Of a DNA stretch of 64,000 bases, positions 1 through 9,996 are shown one piece after another. Position numbers and translations under genes: made by a program. Under the pieces are notes generated by a model. The model worked only from the letters and a program-made list of their open reading frames with translations, did no database searches and had not been told where the DNA came from. This stretch comes from a virus. Its lineage: Duplodnaviria; Heunggongvirae; Uroviricota; Caudoviricetes. Position 1 is the first letter of the stretch. Each line of letters starts with the position of its first letter. Location of the stretch: IMG/VR virus record IMGVR_UViG_2703718815_000003. One strand, written 5' to 3'.

Positions 1-2
1 AT

Positions 3-197
3 GAATATTTTGTTAATCGCATCGCTGGGATCGCTGGTTACGCTGGGCGCGCAGTCGAGCTTATAGATGAAACGACGCGCAAAATTGACTTATTGAGCGA
101 CCAGGAGCGAAAAAAAGCAGACGTGAATGACGCTGATATATTTTTAATGTTAAAAGCGTTTGTAGAAATGGGATTTGAAATCAGTTTACATAAATAA
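3..197 (+). CDS. hypothetical protein, 3' fragment (gene begins left of window)
   Basis: Frame open from window edge to TAA 195-197 (...DVNDADIFLMLKAFVEMGFEISLHK*); followed by two hairpin+T-run terminators. Confidence 0.35.
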   Translation, partial: EYFVNRIAGIAGYAGRAVELIDETTRKIDLLSDQERKKADVNDADIFLMLKAFVEMGFEISLHK

Positions 198-201
198 AAT
201 C

Positions 202-228
202 GAGCGCCCACTATGGGCGCTTTTTTCG
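202..228 (+). terminator. rho-independent terminator
   Basis: agcgccca/tgggcgct stem followed by TTTTTT. Confidence 0.55.
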
Positions 229-235
229 TTTCCAA

Positions 236-800
236 TACTCCCACCATAACGCGCCATCATTAGCGCGTTTTTTATTGTCTTTGACTCACACCAACAACAT
301 AAAAATAAGCGCCAAAATAACGCCATAGACGCGCTTTTATATCCTTACCAGTACATACCCATTACTTAGCGCATTAACGCGCTTAAATCGCGTTATATTG
401 CGTTATGGTGTATGGTTAATCATTGGTTTTTATTCTTGCTATGTGATCCGCGTTTAATTGTCGGCGCGGATCGGCATTTTGTTTTGTTCCGTATCCGCTC
501 GCGTATTATGTGCGCGTGATTTTTCACATAATCACACCACTTAATCACATATGTGATTACGCTACGAAAGAAATCTGGATGTCTCAGGCGACGAAAGTCA
601 TCATAATTTTCCCCGCTCACCTGTCCGACAACCGCTGGTTGGATTCCACCAGCTTCCCGATGTTTTTTCTATATAAAGGCGAATGCAGCCGTTTCCCGAA
701 AAAATCCTGGCCGTTTCCCGTCGGCTCATGAATGCGTTCCTCGCCGTTTCTGAAAATTTCCCTGCGGCAGCTGGTGGCTATAGAGAAAGGGCCGTTTCTG
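236..800. repeat. repeat-dense non-coding region (AACGCG/CGCGTT hairpins, TCACA palindrome, CCGTTTCCC direct repeats)
   Basis: Multiple ATAACGCG/CGCGTTAT copies 244-520; palindrome aatcacatatgtgatt about 540-556; three CCGTTTC(C/T) repeats about 682-745; no convincing ORF. Confidence 0.5.
248..277 (+). terminator. second hairpin + T-run
   Basis: aacgcgcc...gcgcgtt stem followed by TTTTTTATT. Confidence 0.45.
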
Positions 801-813
801 GCCCTCTTCTCAG

Positions 814-1296
814 TTACACGCCATCAAGGATGTGGATGCGGTTGCTTGCGTATACATTCAGCATAAAGTTAGCGCAAAACAGTTTCCATGTGTCAACGCC
901 AGCGGTATACGTAATGTTTTTGCATTTAATCGCATTGTTGGCGATCCGCATCCCCTGCGATACTGCTTCATCGTCGGAAAATTTGAACGACGATTGAGTT
1001 TTAATCCAGACAGAAATCTGCGTAGCGAACTCAATCAGCTTGGACTGGCAGAATCGCCCGGAGCGCACCGGAAAGACGAACGTTCCGAACCCAGAATTTA
1101 CCACATACGCTTTCTCAAATACCCGCGAGTAACGACGATTGCCAATGATGTCGCGTGCAATAATGCATTTTTCTTGTGCTGACAGTTCTACCGTCTCATT
1201 GTCGCGCCATGCACCAAGTACTCGTTTTTCAATGTCAGAGAACGTTACAGCGATATTGCCATGTGCGGGTGCGTTTACAGTAGCGATAAAATTCAT
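814..1296 (-). CDS. hypothetical protein (160 aa)
   Basis: Track ORF; ATG with AAGGA RBS; class I motif just upstream. Confidence 0.55.
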   Translation of the reverse strand: MNFIATVNAPAHGNIAVTFSDIEKRVLGAWRDNETVELSAQEKCIIARDIIGNRRYSRVFEKAYVVNSGFGTFVFPVRSGRFCQSKLIEFATQISVWIKTQSSFKFSDDEAVSQGMRIANNAIKCKNITYTAGVDTWKLFCANFMLNVYASNRIHILDGV

Positions 1297-1315
1297 GATT
1301 AATTCCTTATCGTAA

Positions 1316-1345
1316 ATAACAAATTGTTTTCTTGTTGGTGTTAAT
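1316..1345 (-). promoter_or_regulatory. class I palindromic motif (AACAAaTTGTT core + conserved GTTGGTGTTAATTATCG)
   Basis: Member of 13-copy family AAACAAsTTGTTT, always 15-70 nt upstream of a minus-strand start. Confidence 0.5.
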
Positions 1346-1500
1346 TATCGTTGTACGAATAAGGCGTCAAAGTGGAAAGTTGCGGTAGCCGGACGGGAAC
1401 AGGTGGGTTTGTCGGTTGCCTGGAGGTAAGAGGTTGGTGTTTTTAGCCTGCGGGAAACAGGATGGTCATTTAAGGCCACCAGCATTGGTGGCCTTAATCT

Positions 1501-1782
1501 TTAGTGGAGCAGACCGATGTCGATGGTATCCCCTGAATCATCCACACGGATCATCAGCATGGCAAAGGCGTTTAGTGGATAGCTTGCGTGCCATTCAGGG
1601 AAGCGGTCATCTCGCATGAAGTCGGCAATGTCGTAAACGCATCCCTCAAAGTGGAAGAATCGCGTGCTTACCTGCTCGTCATAATCCACATGATCCATTT
1701 CTTGCTGTTCTGTTTCCGGCAAGTCCAGCCATGATTCAAGGAATACATTTTGTGCTTTAGGGGTAATGGTGAAATCAGTCAT
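1501..1782 (-). CDS. hypothetical protein (93 aa)
   Basis: Track ORF 1501..1914 trimmed to ATG preceded by GAGGA; longer version would overlap class I motif. Confidence 0.5.
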   Translation of the reverse strand: MTDFTITPKAQNVFLESWLDLPETEQQEMDHVDYDEQVSTRFFHFEGCVYDIADFMRDDRFPEWHASYPLNAFAMLMIRVDDSGDTIDIGLLH

Positions 1783-1801
1783 GAGCATATCCTCACTGCG
1801 T

Positions 1802-1834
1802 AAACATATTGTTTTCTTGTTGGTGTAATTATCG
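1802..1834 (-). promoter_or_regulatory. class I palindromic motif
   Basis: aaacatattgttttcttgttggtgtaattatcg. Confidence 0.5.
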
Positions 1835-2117
1835 CAGTGTAGATAAGGCATAAAAGAAGTTAATACAGGCTGAATACACAAGAAAGGTTCTGGAAGTTGA
1901 TAGCCAGGTTTCAAACTAACCTTCGGTTATTAAAAGTCATTTAAGACCACCAATGCTGGTGGCCTTAATAATTATCGCCCGATTACGCTAAGGATCTTTT
2001 CCTCAACTGATTTGTTGTTGCGACTAAACTGCCTTGCGTATCTGATGACAGAAGAGGCGTTTCGCTTTCTGACCATCTCGGCTCTCTCCTTCAGGCGTTT
2101 CTTGAAATCGCCCATAT

Positions 2118-2492
2118 TTACCACCAGGCGCAGAAGGTCAGTCTGTTATTGTGAAAGTCGTGGTTCTTAATCAGATCTTCCACAAGCTCTTTCAACTCCC
2201 CCACATCATGCCAGTAACCTTCATCGTACTCCTGACTGCCGAAGAAAAAACCTTCCCGGGTAGGCAAGTACTCTTCGCAATTACTTTCGTTTATGTGCAT
2301 CAAATGAGCCTTCAGAAAACAAATGTCATTCATCGTTAATTCTAAAAGCTCACAATTTTCGACTTCACCTACGTTGCGCTCCATCCACCCAACGAGCGCA
2401 TTGAACTTACGGAAGTAAGCAACCTGCTTTCTGGATGCCTCGTTATTCAGATCGTTTTTAGGCTGTGTCTCGATATAGATATCAAGTCCCAT
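2118..2492 (-). CDS. hypothetical protein (124 aa)
   Basis: Track ORF (GTG start at 2534) trimmed to ATG with AAGGAAA RBS. Confidence 0.5.
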   Translation of the reverse strand: MGLDIYIETQPKNDLNNEASRKQVAYFRKFNALVGWMERNVGEVENCELLELTMNDICFLKAHLMHINESNCEEYLPTREGFFFGSQEYDEGYWHDVGELKELVEDLIKNHDFHNNRLTFCAWW

Positions 2493-2550
2493 GATGGTTT
2501 CCTTATTAAGTTGCTTCAGTGAAATCATTTTCACAAATCAGATAAGGCAG

Positions 2551-2566
2551 AAAACAAATTGTTATC
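2551..2566 (-). promoter_or_regulatory. class I palindromic motif
   Basis: aaaacaaattgttatc. Confidence 0.4.
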
Positions 2567-2577
2567 GGGCATAAGAA

Positions 2578-2606
2578 AATGGCGCGGTTTACGCGCCATT
2601 CAAAGA
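2578..2606 (-). terminator. rho-independent terminator
   Basis: ggcgcg...cgcgcc stem with T-run on minus strand, downstream of 2610..3005. Confidence 0.5.
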
Positions 2607-2609
2607 GGA

Positions 2610-3005
2610 TTAAGCGAATACGCTTTCAGGGATTAAGGTGTCAGCAGGAATGCCAGAGGTAATGCGCAGGCCGTACTGACCAATCCAGGTAGTGTTGGTA
2701 TTCAGGTTGGAGGCGAATACGGTGTTAACCATATTCATCATGGTTTCAAACACCTCTTCATCAACCTGGCGGAAGTAGTTCTCGATTTTCAGCAGCAGCG
2801 GGTCAGTTGCATCGAGAATGGACTGGTATTGAGTCGCGTACTCGCCGCCGGAGGCATCACCTTTACGCACGATCGTACTGGCCTGGACTTCGGCACCAGT
2901 TTCGGTGTTGTGCGTAACAACGGTGATTTTTGCCACATTCTTACCTTCGGCGGTTTCAGAGGCATAGTAAACATCAACTGTCAGTTTTTCGCGTTTAACG
3001 GTCAT
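2610..3005 (-). CDS. hypothetical protein (131 aa)
   Basis: Track ORF trimmed to ATG (MTVKREKL...) preceded by GGAGAG. Confidence 0.5.
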   Translation of the reverse strand: MTVKREKLTVDVYYASETAEGKNVAKITVVTHNTETGAEVQASTIVRKGDASGGEYATQYQSILDATDPLLLKIENYFRQVDEEVFETMMNMVNTVFASNLNTNTTWIGQYGLRITSGIPADTLIPESVFA

Positions 3006-3044
3006 TTCACTCTCCGTAGTGTTTTGGTTATTTTTATATTCTAT

Positions 3045-3064
3045 GATAGTAAGTATGTACTTAC
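3045..3064. promoter_or_regulatory. class II palindromic motif (TAAGTA..TACTTA core)
   Basis: gatagtaagtatgtacttac; family of about 15 AT-rich palindromes upstream of genes. Confidence 0.45.
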
Positions 3065-3131
3065 AATACAAAAAAGCCCCGTAAGGATGGCGGGGCTGTC
3101 GTACTGTCGACTAATTGCCACTTGCACATTA

Positions 3132-3443
3132 TCAGGCTATTGCCATCACTGATGCTCTCTGAATCTCTTGCTGGGCCACGCGGTTAACTTCCATCAAAGC
3201 CAGTTCGAGCTGATGTTCCGGCCACATTCTTTGAAATGCCACCCAGCCTTTTCCACGCTGGCGACGAACATTCATTACATAACGAGTAAAGGTGTTTTTA
3301 TCGAAAGATACCGCTGTTTCACGGAACAGACGAATAGAGGTTCCATTGGCAACGATGTCCAGCAAAGTTAATTGAGCAACCAGCGCAGGCTTCTCTTTTC
3401 TCTTCTGGTCTTTGTCCAGACCAAGAACCAATGATTTTTTCAT
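3132..3443 (-). CDS. hypothetical protein (103 aa)
   Basis: Track ORF trimmed to ATG (MKKSLVLG...) with GGAG RBS. Confidence 0.5.
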   Translation of the reverse strand: MKKSLVLGLDKDQKRKEKPALVAQLTLLDIVANGTSIRLFRETAVSFDKNTFTRYVMNVRRQRGKGWVAFQRMWPEHQLELALMEVNRVAQQEIQRASVMAIA

Positions 3444-3454
3444 TACAACTCCGT

Positions 3455-3470
3455 AAACAACTTGTTTTCT
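3455..3470 (-). promoter_or_regulatory. class I palindromic motif
   Basis: aaacaacttgttttct. Confidence 0.5.
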
Positions 3471-3596
3471 CAATGGCGTAAATAATACCAGTAAGAAAAC
3501 GGCTACAAAGCATATTGATCAGGCGCATGAGCGATATGCAGGTTCTTCCCTGCGGCTATAGAGAAATTAAGCCAGCAATGCTGGCTTTGGTTGGGG

Positions 3597-3926
3597 TTAC
3601 TCGAATACTTCAAGAAACTCCTGAACGTCCCAATGCTGGACGAGGTGAAGATAGACCTTAGAAATCACGTCATTTTCGCTATCGCATGTGAAGTAGTACT
3701 TCTGGCTGCGGTTGTATGTGTCCACACAAAATTCGCTCATATCCATAAAGTCAGCATCTTCACCCATGTCGCAAATCATCAAAGCAGGTGCGTCATCACG
3801 AGTCATCAGCTCAAGCACCCACCGCGAATTGATCAGAGTGGAAGACCAACCTTCTAACTCATAAAACTGATCAAACTCTTTTTGAGTTAATTTCTTGATT
3901 TGGTTGATGTCGATATTTGCAAACAT
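3597..3926 (-). CDS. hypothetical acidic protein (109 aa)
   Basis: Track ORF trimmed to ATG (MFANIDIN...) with AAGGA RBS; D/E-rich. Confidence 0.5.
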   Translation of the reverse strand: MFANIDINQIKKLTQKEFDQFYELEGWSSTLINSRWVLELMTRDDAPALMICDMGEDADFMDMSEFCVDTYNRSQKYYFTCDSENDVISKVYLHLVQHWDVQEFLEVFE

Positions 3927-3938
3927 AAAGCAATCCTT

Positions 3939-3971
3939 AAACAACTTGTTTTCTCGTTGGTGTTATTATCG
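3939..3971 (-). promoter_or_regulatory. class I palindromic motif
   Basis: aaacaacttgttttctcgttggtgttattatcg. Confidence 0.5.
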
Positions 3972-4263
3972 CAATAACGCACAGGCGAAAAAGGATTTTA
4001 TTCCGGTGAATGTTGTTTTGGCAGTGAGTTTTCAGGTTCAGTATCGAGTACACTTTTTACATTATTCTGATTTAGTGGCCGAAGGTGGCTGGTGGCAGAG
4101 TAATCCTCTCCCCAAAAACCTACTGAAATCGATTGTGCCCCGTTGGCTGTCTGGCACAATTACGCTGTAGCTGGGCATTCAGAGGGAATCCAGCGGTAAG
4201 CAAGTCCGCCTACGTGAGCGCCTCTCTTCTTCCCGCACATTACAGGTGGGTAGCCGCAACTCT

Positions 4264-4420
4264 CCCTCTCGCTATACCGGTACGCCGCCGTTCCTGAACC
4301 GGCATCGAGCCTTCTCCCGAAATCCACACAGGCAACTCGACCGTTTCCCTGAAAACCTCCAGCCGTTCCCCGAAGGCAACCCAGCCGTTTCTGTAGCGGG
4401 ATGCAACCTTTTCCCTGTAT
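4264..4420. repeat. cluster of degenerate direct repeats (G)CCGTT(T/C)CC
   Basis: At least 5 copies in about 150 bp; same unit as at 682-745. Confidence 0.5.
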
Positions 4421-4559
4421 GGACCGAAGGCTGACCGTAGGGGTTTTACGGGGGATAAAATCAGGAGTTGAATAAATACGAAAAAGGAGGCGACACCCCT
4501 CCTTCCCTCCCCACTTATACATACCTGGCTTCTTCGCTATACATGTTGTGTTTTATCTG

Positions 4560-5330
4560 TCTCAACCTCTCTATAGGCGTTAATGCTCACTCCTTCCAGA
4601 ATGTTCTATACGGCGACTATTTCTGTTGGTGAATTGGGTGTGTTGTTCTCTCTGTCGGTGTATGTGGTTTCGTTCGTTTTGCGGTGGTTCTTCTATGGGG
4701 TGTTCTCGTCGTTTTGGTGATTGTTCTTCTCCGTGTATGGAGTAATGGCAGGTGGGCGATTCCTTTCGTTGTTGTGTTTGAGTTGTTTGTCTGGAGTGTG
4801 TGAAAGGCTTTTGTAGTTATTCGTGTATTGGGTAATGGCATTTCCCGTGATTGTTATGTTTCGTGTCTTTTGGGATTGAGAGAATCCTTGCGGTTACAGG
4901 CTTCGTTGGGGTTTCAGTGATTCTGGTGTTTCTTCGCTGTTTGGGGAATGGCGTGTCGTGGGTATCGCGCGTATGAATGTTTTCGGATTGCCTGTGAAAG
5001 TTAGGTTGGTTGTCCGGTAGCCTGGGGAGAAGAGGTGGGTTGTTTTTGGAAATGGCATGTGTGTTATTTAGTTGTTTTGTTATGCCTGAAAATAAGTTGT
5101 TTATATGGTTGTGTAACGCAACGGGAGCGATTTTGAGCGTGTGTTTTTGTTGGTAGTGTGTTGGGTCGTCTGTGGTGAAAATTGGACGCTGTGGCGCTGT
5201 CTGCTGCGTAGAGTTGCGGGTATAAGAAGTGATGTGTGAAAACGTCAATTTTTTAGACCAAATCGGGTGAAAGCGTTGACGTTTCGTTGATCTGTTATTT
5301 AGTTGTTTTCTTATTTGTATAAACAACCAT
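4560..5330. other. GT-rich strand-skewed ORF-poor tract
   Basis: Plus strand almost devoid of C with many GG/GGG runs; only low-complexity T/H/K/P-rich minus-strand ORFs. Confidence 0.5.
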
Positions 5331-5436
5331 AACCTATTGATATTTAAGGGTATGATTGCAGGTATGGAAGGGGAGTAGTGGCGATCAACGGATTCTTATA
5401 GAAAAGAATCAAATTGTGACCGCCATTATCAATGTT

Positions 5437-6171
5437 TTACATAGTTTTGTTTAGCAGAGAGAGAATTTCATCACTAATTTCACTCGCCTGTTTGATAGCC
5501 AATGCAGTTACCTCTTCTATGGTTGGTGACTGTTGATGCTCATGTTTGGTTTCAGTTATGACAATGTGTTCTTCACCTGAATTTGCGCATAGTGCCGCAT
5601 TGACGATAAGGTTTGAGTAAGAATTTAGCAGAGCACTGTTGATGAACGCTTTCACGGTATTACTGTCTGCACCAAATACATCTTTTCTGACCGCTTCAGC
5701 CTCACAGCGAACCCCTGCAGCAACATCGTGAAGAACATGTATGGCCTTGGAGCTTGTTTGTTCACAGTACTCAATCATTATTGTCGAATTGTTCTGTTCA
5801 ACAAACGATCTGATGCCTGACGATTCACCCATAGCATCGAAGGCAGCATGACCCGCACTGGTAGAGATATCTTCATAGAGTTCTTCATCGCTATCTTTTT
5901 CTTCAGGTGTCGAGGTGTCTTCATCGTCGTAATAGATATTGCCTTTAATCAGTGTCTTGGACACTTGATATAAACAATAAGAAACGAGATTTAAGCATTG
6001 GATTTTAGCTGTATTGTCCTTTGTCGCCTCGCTCTTCAGTTCTTTCGCTTCTTCAGTAAGGCTGTTGATAAGACTTTGTATTTTTTCCAACGCGTTAGGC
6101 GCACACTCCGCGTTGTCCATAAAGAATTTATAACCAGTCCCAGGGATTTCTAAACTTTTCAACTTTTTCAT
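5437..6171 (-). CDS. hypothetical protein (244 aa), AT-rich
   Basis: Track ORF with ATG start. Confidence 0.5.
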   Translation of the reverse strand: MKKLKSLEIPGTGYKFFMDNAECAPNALEKIQSLINSLTEEAKELKSEATKDNTAKIQCLNLVSYCLYQVSKTLIKGNIYYDDEDTSTPEEKDSDEELYEDISTSAGHAAFDAMGESSGIRSFVEQNNSTIMIEYCEQTSSKAIHVLHDVAAGVRCEAEAVRKDVFGADSNTVKAFINSALLNSYSNLIVNAALCANSGEEHIVITETKHEHQQSPTIEEVTALAIKQASEISDEILSLLNKTM

Positions 6172-6216
6172 TTCTTTGATAATCCTAAAAACAAACTACC
6201 AATGCTTTAATATCTG

Positions 6217-6516
6217 TTACCAGTTCCAGCACTCAAGCCCTTCAACGACCGGCGCACCACAATCAAAATGTACAGAGTCAAAGCCTACATCAAGTACTTT
6301 CTGAATGTTAGCAATCGCGCCTTCGGATATACCATATCGACGCAAGTCGTCTTTCCAGACATCATTCTGTAACCCGGCGTGAACAATACAACCGCCATCA
6401 ATTTGTGAAACCCAATCCAGCTCATTGCTTGCGATCATGAATCGGCGAGCATCTTCCTCTGATGTATGAGATGAACTGATCAATGCCACCTGGTAGGCTT
6501 GGGTAATGTTCAACAT
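6217..6516 (-). CDS. hypothetical protein (99 aa)
   Basis: Track ORF; two class I motifs upstream. Confidence 0.5.
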   Translation of the reverse strand: MLNITQAYQVALISSSHTSEEDARRFMIASNELDWVSQIDGGCIVHAGLQNDVWKDDLRRYGISEGAIANIQKVLDVGFDSVHFDCGAPVVEGLECWNW

Positions 6517-6528
6517 TTCAACTACTCC

Positions 6529-6545
6529 AAAACAAGTTGTTTTCT
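6529..6545 (-). promoter_or_regulatory. class I palindromic motif
   Basis: aaaacaagttgttttct. Confidence 0.5.
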
Positions 6546-6578
6546 TATGTGGCTTATTATCTCAATCAACAAAAGGTA

Positions 6579-6595
6579 GAAAACAAATTGTTTTA
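6579..6595 (-). promoter_or_regulatory. class I palindromic motif
   Basis: gaaaacaaattgtttta preceded by aaaaggtag (same extension as copy near 15015). Confidence 0.45.
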
Positions 6596-6626
6596 GGGCT
6601 TGTGTAAATCAGGAGGGATTGTGTCT

Positions 6627-6657
6627 ATATGAAAATGCCCAGCGTGTTGCCGGGCAT
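6627..6657 (-). terminator. rho-independent terminator downstream of metG
   Basis: atgcccagc...gccgggcat stem followed by T-run on minus strand. Confidence 0.6.
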
Positions 6658-6677
6658 TGTGAAAAATGGTTGTTTAG

Positions 6678-8711
6678 TTACTTAACTTGGTGGCCTGGTT
6701 TAGCACCAGCATCCGGGCTTAACAGGAAGATATCTTTTCCGCCAGGGCCAGCAGCCATCACCATGCCTTCGGAGATACCGAAGCGCATTTTACGCGGTGC
6801 CAGGTTAGCCACCATAATGGTGTGACGACCAATCAGTGCCTGTGGGTCTGGATAAGCAGAACGGATGCCTGAGAAGACATTGCGTTTTTCACCGCCGAGA
6901 TCCAGCGTCAGGCGCAGCAGTTTGTCAGAACCTTCAACAAACTCTGCGTTTTCGATCAGTGCCACGCGCAGGTCAACTTTGGCAAAGTCGTCAAAGGTGA
7001 TGGTTTCCTGAATCGGGTCGTCTGCCAGCGGGCCAGTAACTGGCGCGGCAGCTGCTTTCACTTCTTCTTTGGATGCTTCCACCAGTGCTTCAACCTGCTT
7101 CATATCGATGCGGTTATACAGTGCCTTGAACGGATTCACTTTATGGCCCAGCAGCGGTTGCTGGATACCATCCCAGGTCAGTTCTGTATTCAGGAATGCT
7201 TCTGCACGTTCAGTCAGTTTCGGCAGTACCGGCTTCAGGTACGTCATCAGCACGCGGAACAGGTTAATGCCCATAGAGCAAATCGCCTGCAGATCGGCAT
7301 CGCGTCCTTCCTGCTTCGCCACCACCCACGGAGCCTGTTCATCGACATAGCGGTTAGCCAGGTCAGCCAATGCCATGATTTCACGGATAGCTTTACCAAA
7401 TTCACGGCTTTCCCATGCTTCGCCAATCACTTCAGCGGCATCAGTAAAGGTTTTGTACAGTTGCGGGTCAGCCAGTTCGCTTGCCAGCACGCCGTCAAAA
7501 CGCTTGTTGATAAAGCCTGCATTACGGGAGGCCAGGTTAACCACTTTGTTCACGATATCGGCATTCACGCGCTGAACGAAATCCTCCAGGTTGAGATCGA
7601 TATCATCAATGCGCGAAGAGAGTTTCGCAGTGTAGTAGTAACGCAGGCTGTCAGCGTCAAAATGATTCAGCCAGGTGCTGGCTTTAATAAAGGTGCCGCG
7701 AGACTTGGACATCTTCGCGCCGTTCACCGTCACATAGCCGTGAACAAACAGGTTGGTCGGCTTGCGGAAGTTGCTGCCTTCCAGCATGGCAGGCCAGAAC
7801 AGGCTGTGGAAGTAAACAATATCTTTACCGATGAAGTGGTACAGCTCGGCGGTGGAGTCTTTCTTCCAGTATTCATCGAAGCTGGTGGTATCGCCGCGCT
7901 TGTCGCACAGATTCTTGAAGGAACCCATGTAGCCAATCGGCGCGTCCAGCCAGACGTAGAAATATTTGCCCGGCGCGTTCGGAATTTCAAAACCGAAGTA
8001 GGGCGCATCTCGGGAGATATCCCACTGTTGCAGGCCGGATTCAAACCATTCCTGCATTTTGTTCGCCACCTGCTCCTGCAACGCGCCGCTGCGGGTCCAT
8101 GCCTGCAACATTTCGCTGAAAGAAGGCAGATCAAAGAAGAAGTGTTCGGAATCACGCATTACCGGGGTAGCGCCAGAAACCACCGATTTCGGCTCGATCA
8201 ATTCAGTCGGGCTATATGTTGCGCCGCAGACTTCACAGTTATCGCCGTATTGATCTGGCGCTTTACATTTCGGGCAGGTGCCTTTTACAAAACGATCCGG
8301 CAGGAACATGCCTTTTTCCGGGTCGTACAACTGAGAGATAGTGCGGTTTTTAATAAAACCGTTCTCTTTCAGGCGAGTATAGATAAGCTCAGACAACTGA
8401 CGGTTCTCTTCGCTGTGCGTCGAGTGATAGTTGTCATAGCTGATGTTAAAGCCTGCGAAATCAGTCTGGTGTTCCTGACTCATTTCGCCAATCATCTGCT
8501 CCGGTGTGATACCAAGCTGCTGTGCTTTCAGCATGATCGGCGTACCGTGGGCATCGTCGGCACAGATGAAATTAACCTCGTGGCCGCGCATTCGCTGGTA
8601 ACGAACCCAGACATCAGCCTGGATGTGCTCCAGCATATGGCCGAGGTGGATTGAGCCGTTAGCGTACGGCAGCGCGCACGTCACCAGAATTTTCTTCGCG
8701 ACTTGGGTCAT
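6678..8711 (-). CDS. metG: methionyl-tRNA synthetase
   Basis: Track ORF trimmed to ATG ([26 protein letters not shown]...); KMSKS motif (GAKMSKSRG); C-terminal tRNA-binding domain; enterobacterial-like, about 677 aa. Confidence 0.95.
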   Translation of the reverse strand: MTQVAKKILVTCALPYANGSIHLGHMLEHIQADVWVRYQRMRGHEVNFICADDAHGTPIMLKAQQLGITPEQMIGEMSQEHQTDFAGFNISYDNYHSTHSEENRQLSELIYTRLKENGFIKNRTISQLYDPEKGMFLPDRFVKGTCPKCKAPDQYGDNCEVCGATYSPTELIEPKSVVSGATPVMRDSEHFFFDLPSFSEMLQAWTRSGALQEQVANKMQEWFESGLQQWDISRDAPYFGFEIPNAPGKYFYVWLDAPIGYMGSFKNLCDKRGDTTSFDEYWKKDSTAELYHFIGKDIVYFHSLFWPAMLEGSNFRKPTNLFVHGYVTVNGAKMSKSRGTFIKASTWLNHFDADSLRYYYTAKLSSRIDDIDLNLEDFVQRVNADIVNKVVNLASRNAGFINKRFDGVLASELADPQLYKTFTDAAEVIGEAWESREFGKAIREIMALADLANRYVDEQAPWVVAKQEGRDADLQAICSMGINLFRVLMTYLKPVLPKLTERAEAFLNTELTWDGIQQPLLGHKVNPFKALYNRIDMKQVEALVEASKEEVKAAAAPVTGPLADDPIQETITFDDFAKVDLRVALIENAEFVEGSDKLLRLTLDLGGEKRNVFSGIRSAYPDPQALIGRHTIMVANLAPRKMRFGISEGMVMAAGPGGKDIFLLSPDAGAKPGHQVK

Positions 8712-8868
8712 AGTAGGCATTACTTCTTTGTAGTGAAAAGGGGCTTGATAGTAACAAAATGGCCTTATGTCTGCCATGTGATAACAGCATTTCTCATAAA
8801 TGATTAAATGTCGTAGCTGGAGTACACTACAAGGCGACAATTGCGCAAATTAAAATAAAGGAGACGGG

Positions 8869-9969
8869 ATGAGCGAGTCCAAATCGCCGGATGCCCTGAG
8901 AGCAATGGTAGCCGGTACGCTGGCTAATTTTCAGCACCCAACCCTGAAACACAACCTGACTACGCTTAAAGCGTTACACCATGTTGCGTTGATGGATGAC
9001 ACACTGCATGTCGAACTAATCATGCCTTTCGTGTGGAATAAGCCTTTTGAAGACCTGAAAGAGCAATGTAGTGGTGATCTGCTCCGTATCACTGGCGCAA
9101 AGGCTATTGACTGGAAGCTGTCGTACAACATTGCCACGCTTAAGCGCGTCAAAAACCAACCAGGCATTAATGGCGTTAAGAACATTATCGCCGTCAGCTC
9201 AGGCAAGGGCGGCGTGGGTAAATCCTCCACGGCGGTAAACCTGGCACTGGCGTTGGCTGCTGAAGGTGCGAAAGTTGGTATTTTGGATGCCGATATCTAT
9301 GGTCCATCAATTCCAACCATGCTGGGCGCGGAAAACCAACGTCCAACCTCACCTGACGGTACTCACATGGCACCTATCATGTCTCATGGCCTGGCAACCA
9401 ACTCTATTGGTTATCTGGTCACCGACGACAATGCAATGGTGTGGCGTGGACCGATGGCGAGCAAGGCGTTAATGCAGATGTTGCAGGAAACATTGTGGCC
9501 TGATCTGGACTATCTTGTTCTCGATATGCCGCCGGGCACTGGTGATATTCAGTTGACGCTGGCGCAGAACATTCCTGTAACTGGTGCTGTTGTGGTAACT
9601 ACGCCGCAAGACATCGCGCTGATCGATGCGAAGAAAGGCATTGTGATGTTCGAAAAAGTCGAAGTGCCGGTACTTGGTATCGTCGAAAACATGAGTGTGC
9701 ATATTTGCAGTAACTGCGGTCATCACGAGCCAATTTTTGGCACCGGTGGCGCAGAGAAACTGGCCGAGAAATACAACACGCAGTTGTTAGGCCAAATGCC
9801 ACTTCATATCTCTCTTCGTGAAGATCTGGATAACGGAACACCAACCGTTATTAGTCGTCCAGATAGTGAATTTACGGCTATTTATCGTGACCTCGCAGAT
9901 CGCGTTGCTGCCCAAATGTATTGGCAAGGTGAAGTAATACCTGGCGAAATCGCATTCCGCGCAGTGTGA
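8869..9969 (+). CDS. apbC: Mrp/ApbC family Fe-S cluster carrier ATPase
   Basis: 366 aa; Walker A SGKGGVGKS; CxxC near C-terminus; divergent from metG as in enterobacterial chromosomes. Confidence 0.9.
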   Translation: MSESKSPDALRAMVAGTLANFQHPTLKHNLTTLKALHHVALMDDTLHVELIMPFVWNKPFEDLKEQCSGDLLRITGAKAIDWKLSYNIATLKRVKNQPGINGVKNIIAVSSGKGGVGKSSTAVNLALALAAEGAKVGILDADIYGPSIPTMLGAENQRPTSPDGTHMAPIMSHGLATNSIGYLVTDDNAMVWRGPMASKALMQMLQETLWPDLDYLVLDMPPGTGDIQLTLAQNIPVTGAVVVTTPQDIALIDAKKGIVMFEKVEVPVLGIVENMSVHICSNCGHHEPIFGTGGAEKLAEKYNTQLLGQMPLHISLREDLDNGTPTVISRPDSEFTAIYRDLADRVAAQMYWQGEVIPGEIAFRAV

Positions 9970-9970
9970 T

Positions 9971-9996
9971 AAAAAGGCGGTGCATTGCACCGCCTA
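9971..9996. terminator. hairpin terminator between convergent genes
   Basis: ggcggtgca tt gcaccgcc stem flanked by A-run. Confidence 0.5.

Noticed and set aside
38-247. 69-aa minus-strand ORF at the left edge
   Set aside because: Antisense to the better-supported plus-strand gene fragment and spans its terminator hairpin.
4160-4522. 120-aa minus-strand ORF
   Set aside because: Lies over the CCGTTTCCC repeat cluster; Gly/Arg-rich low-complexity product; no RBS.
4617-5326. Minus-strand ORFs (74 and 169 aa) rich in T/H/K/P/N
   Set aside because: Low-complexity translations of the GT-skewed tract, no RBS context, overlapping each other; treated as non-coding.
7143-8654. 503-aa plus-strand ORF in the track
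   Set aside because: Antisense to metG across its whole length; Arg/Ala/Phe/Gln-rich with no recognisable domain; artefact of an open reverse frame.
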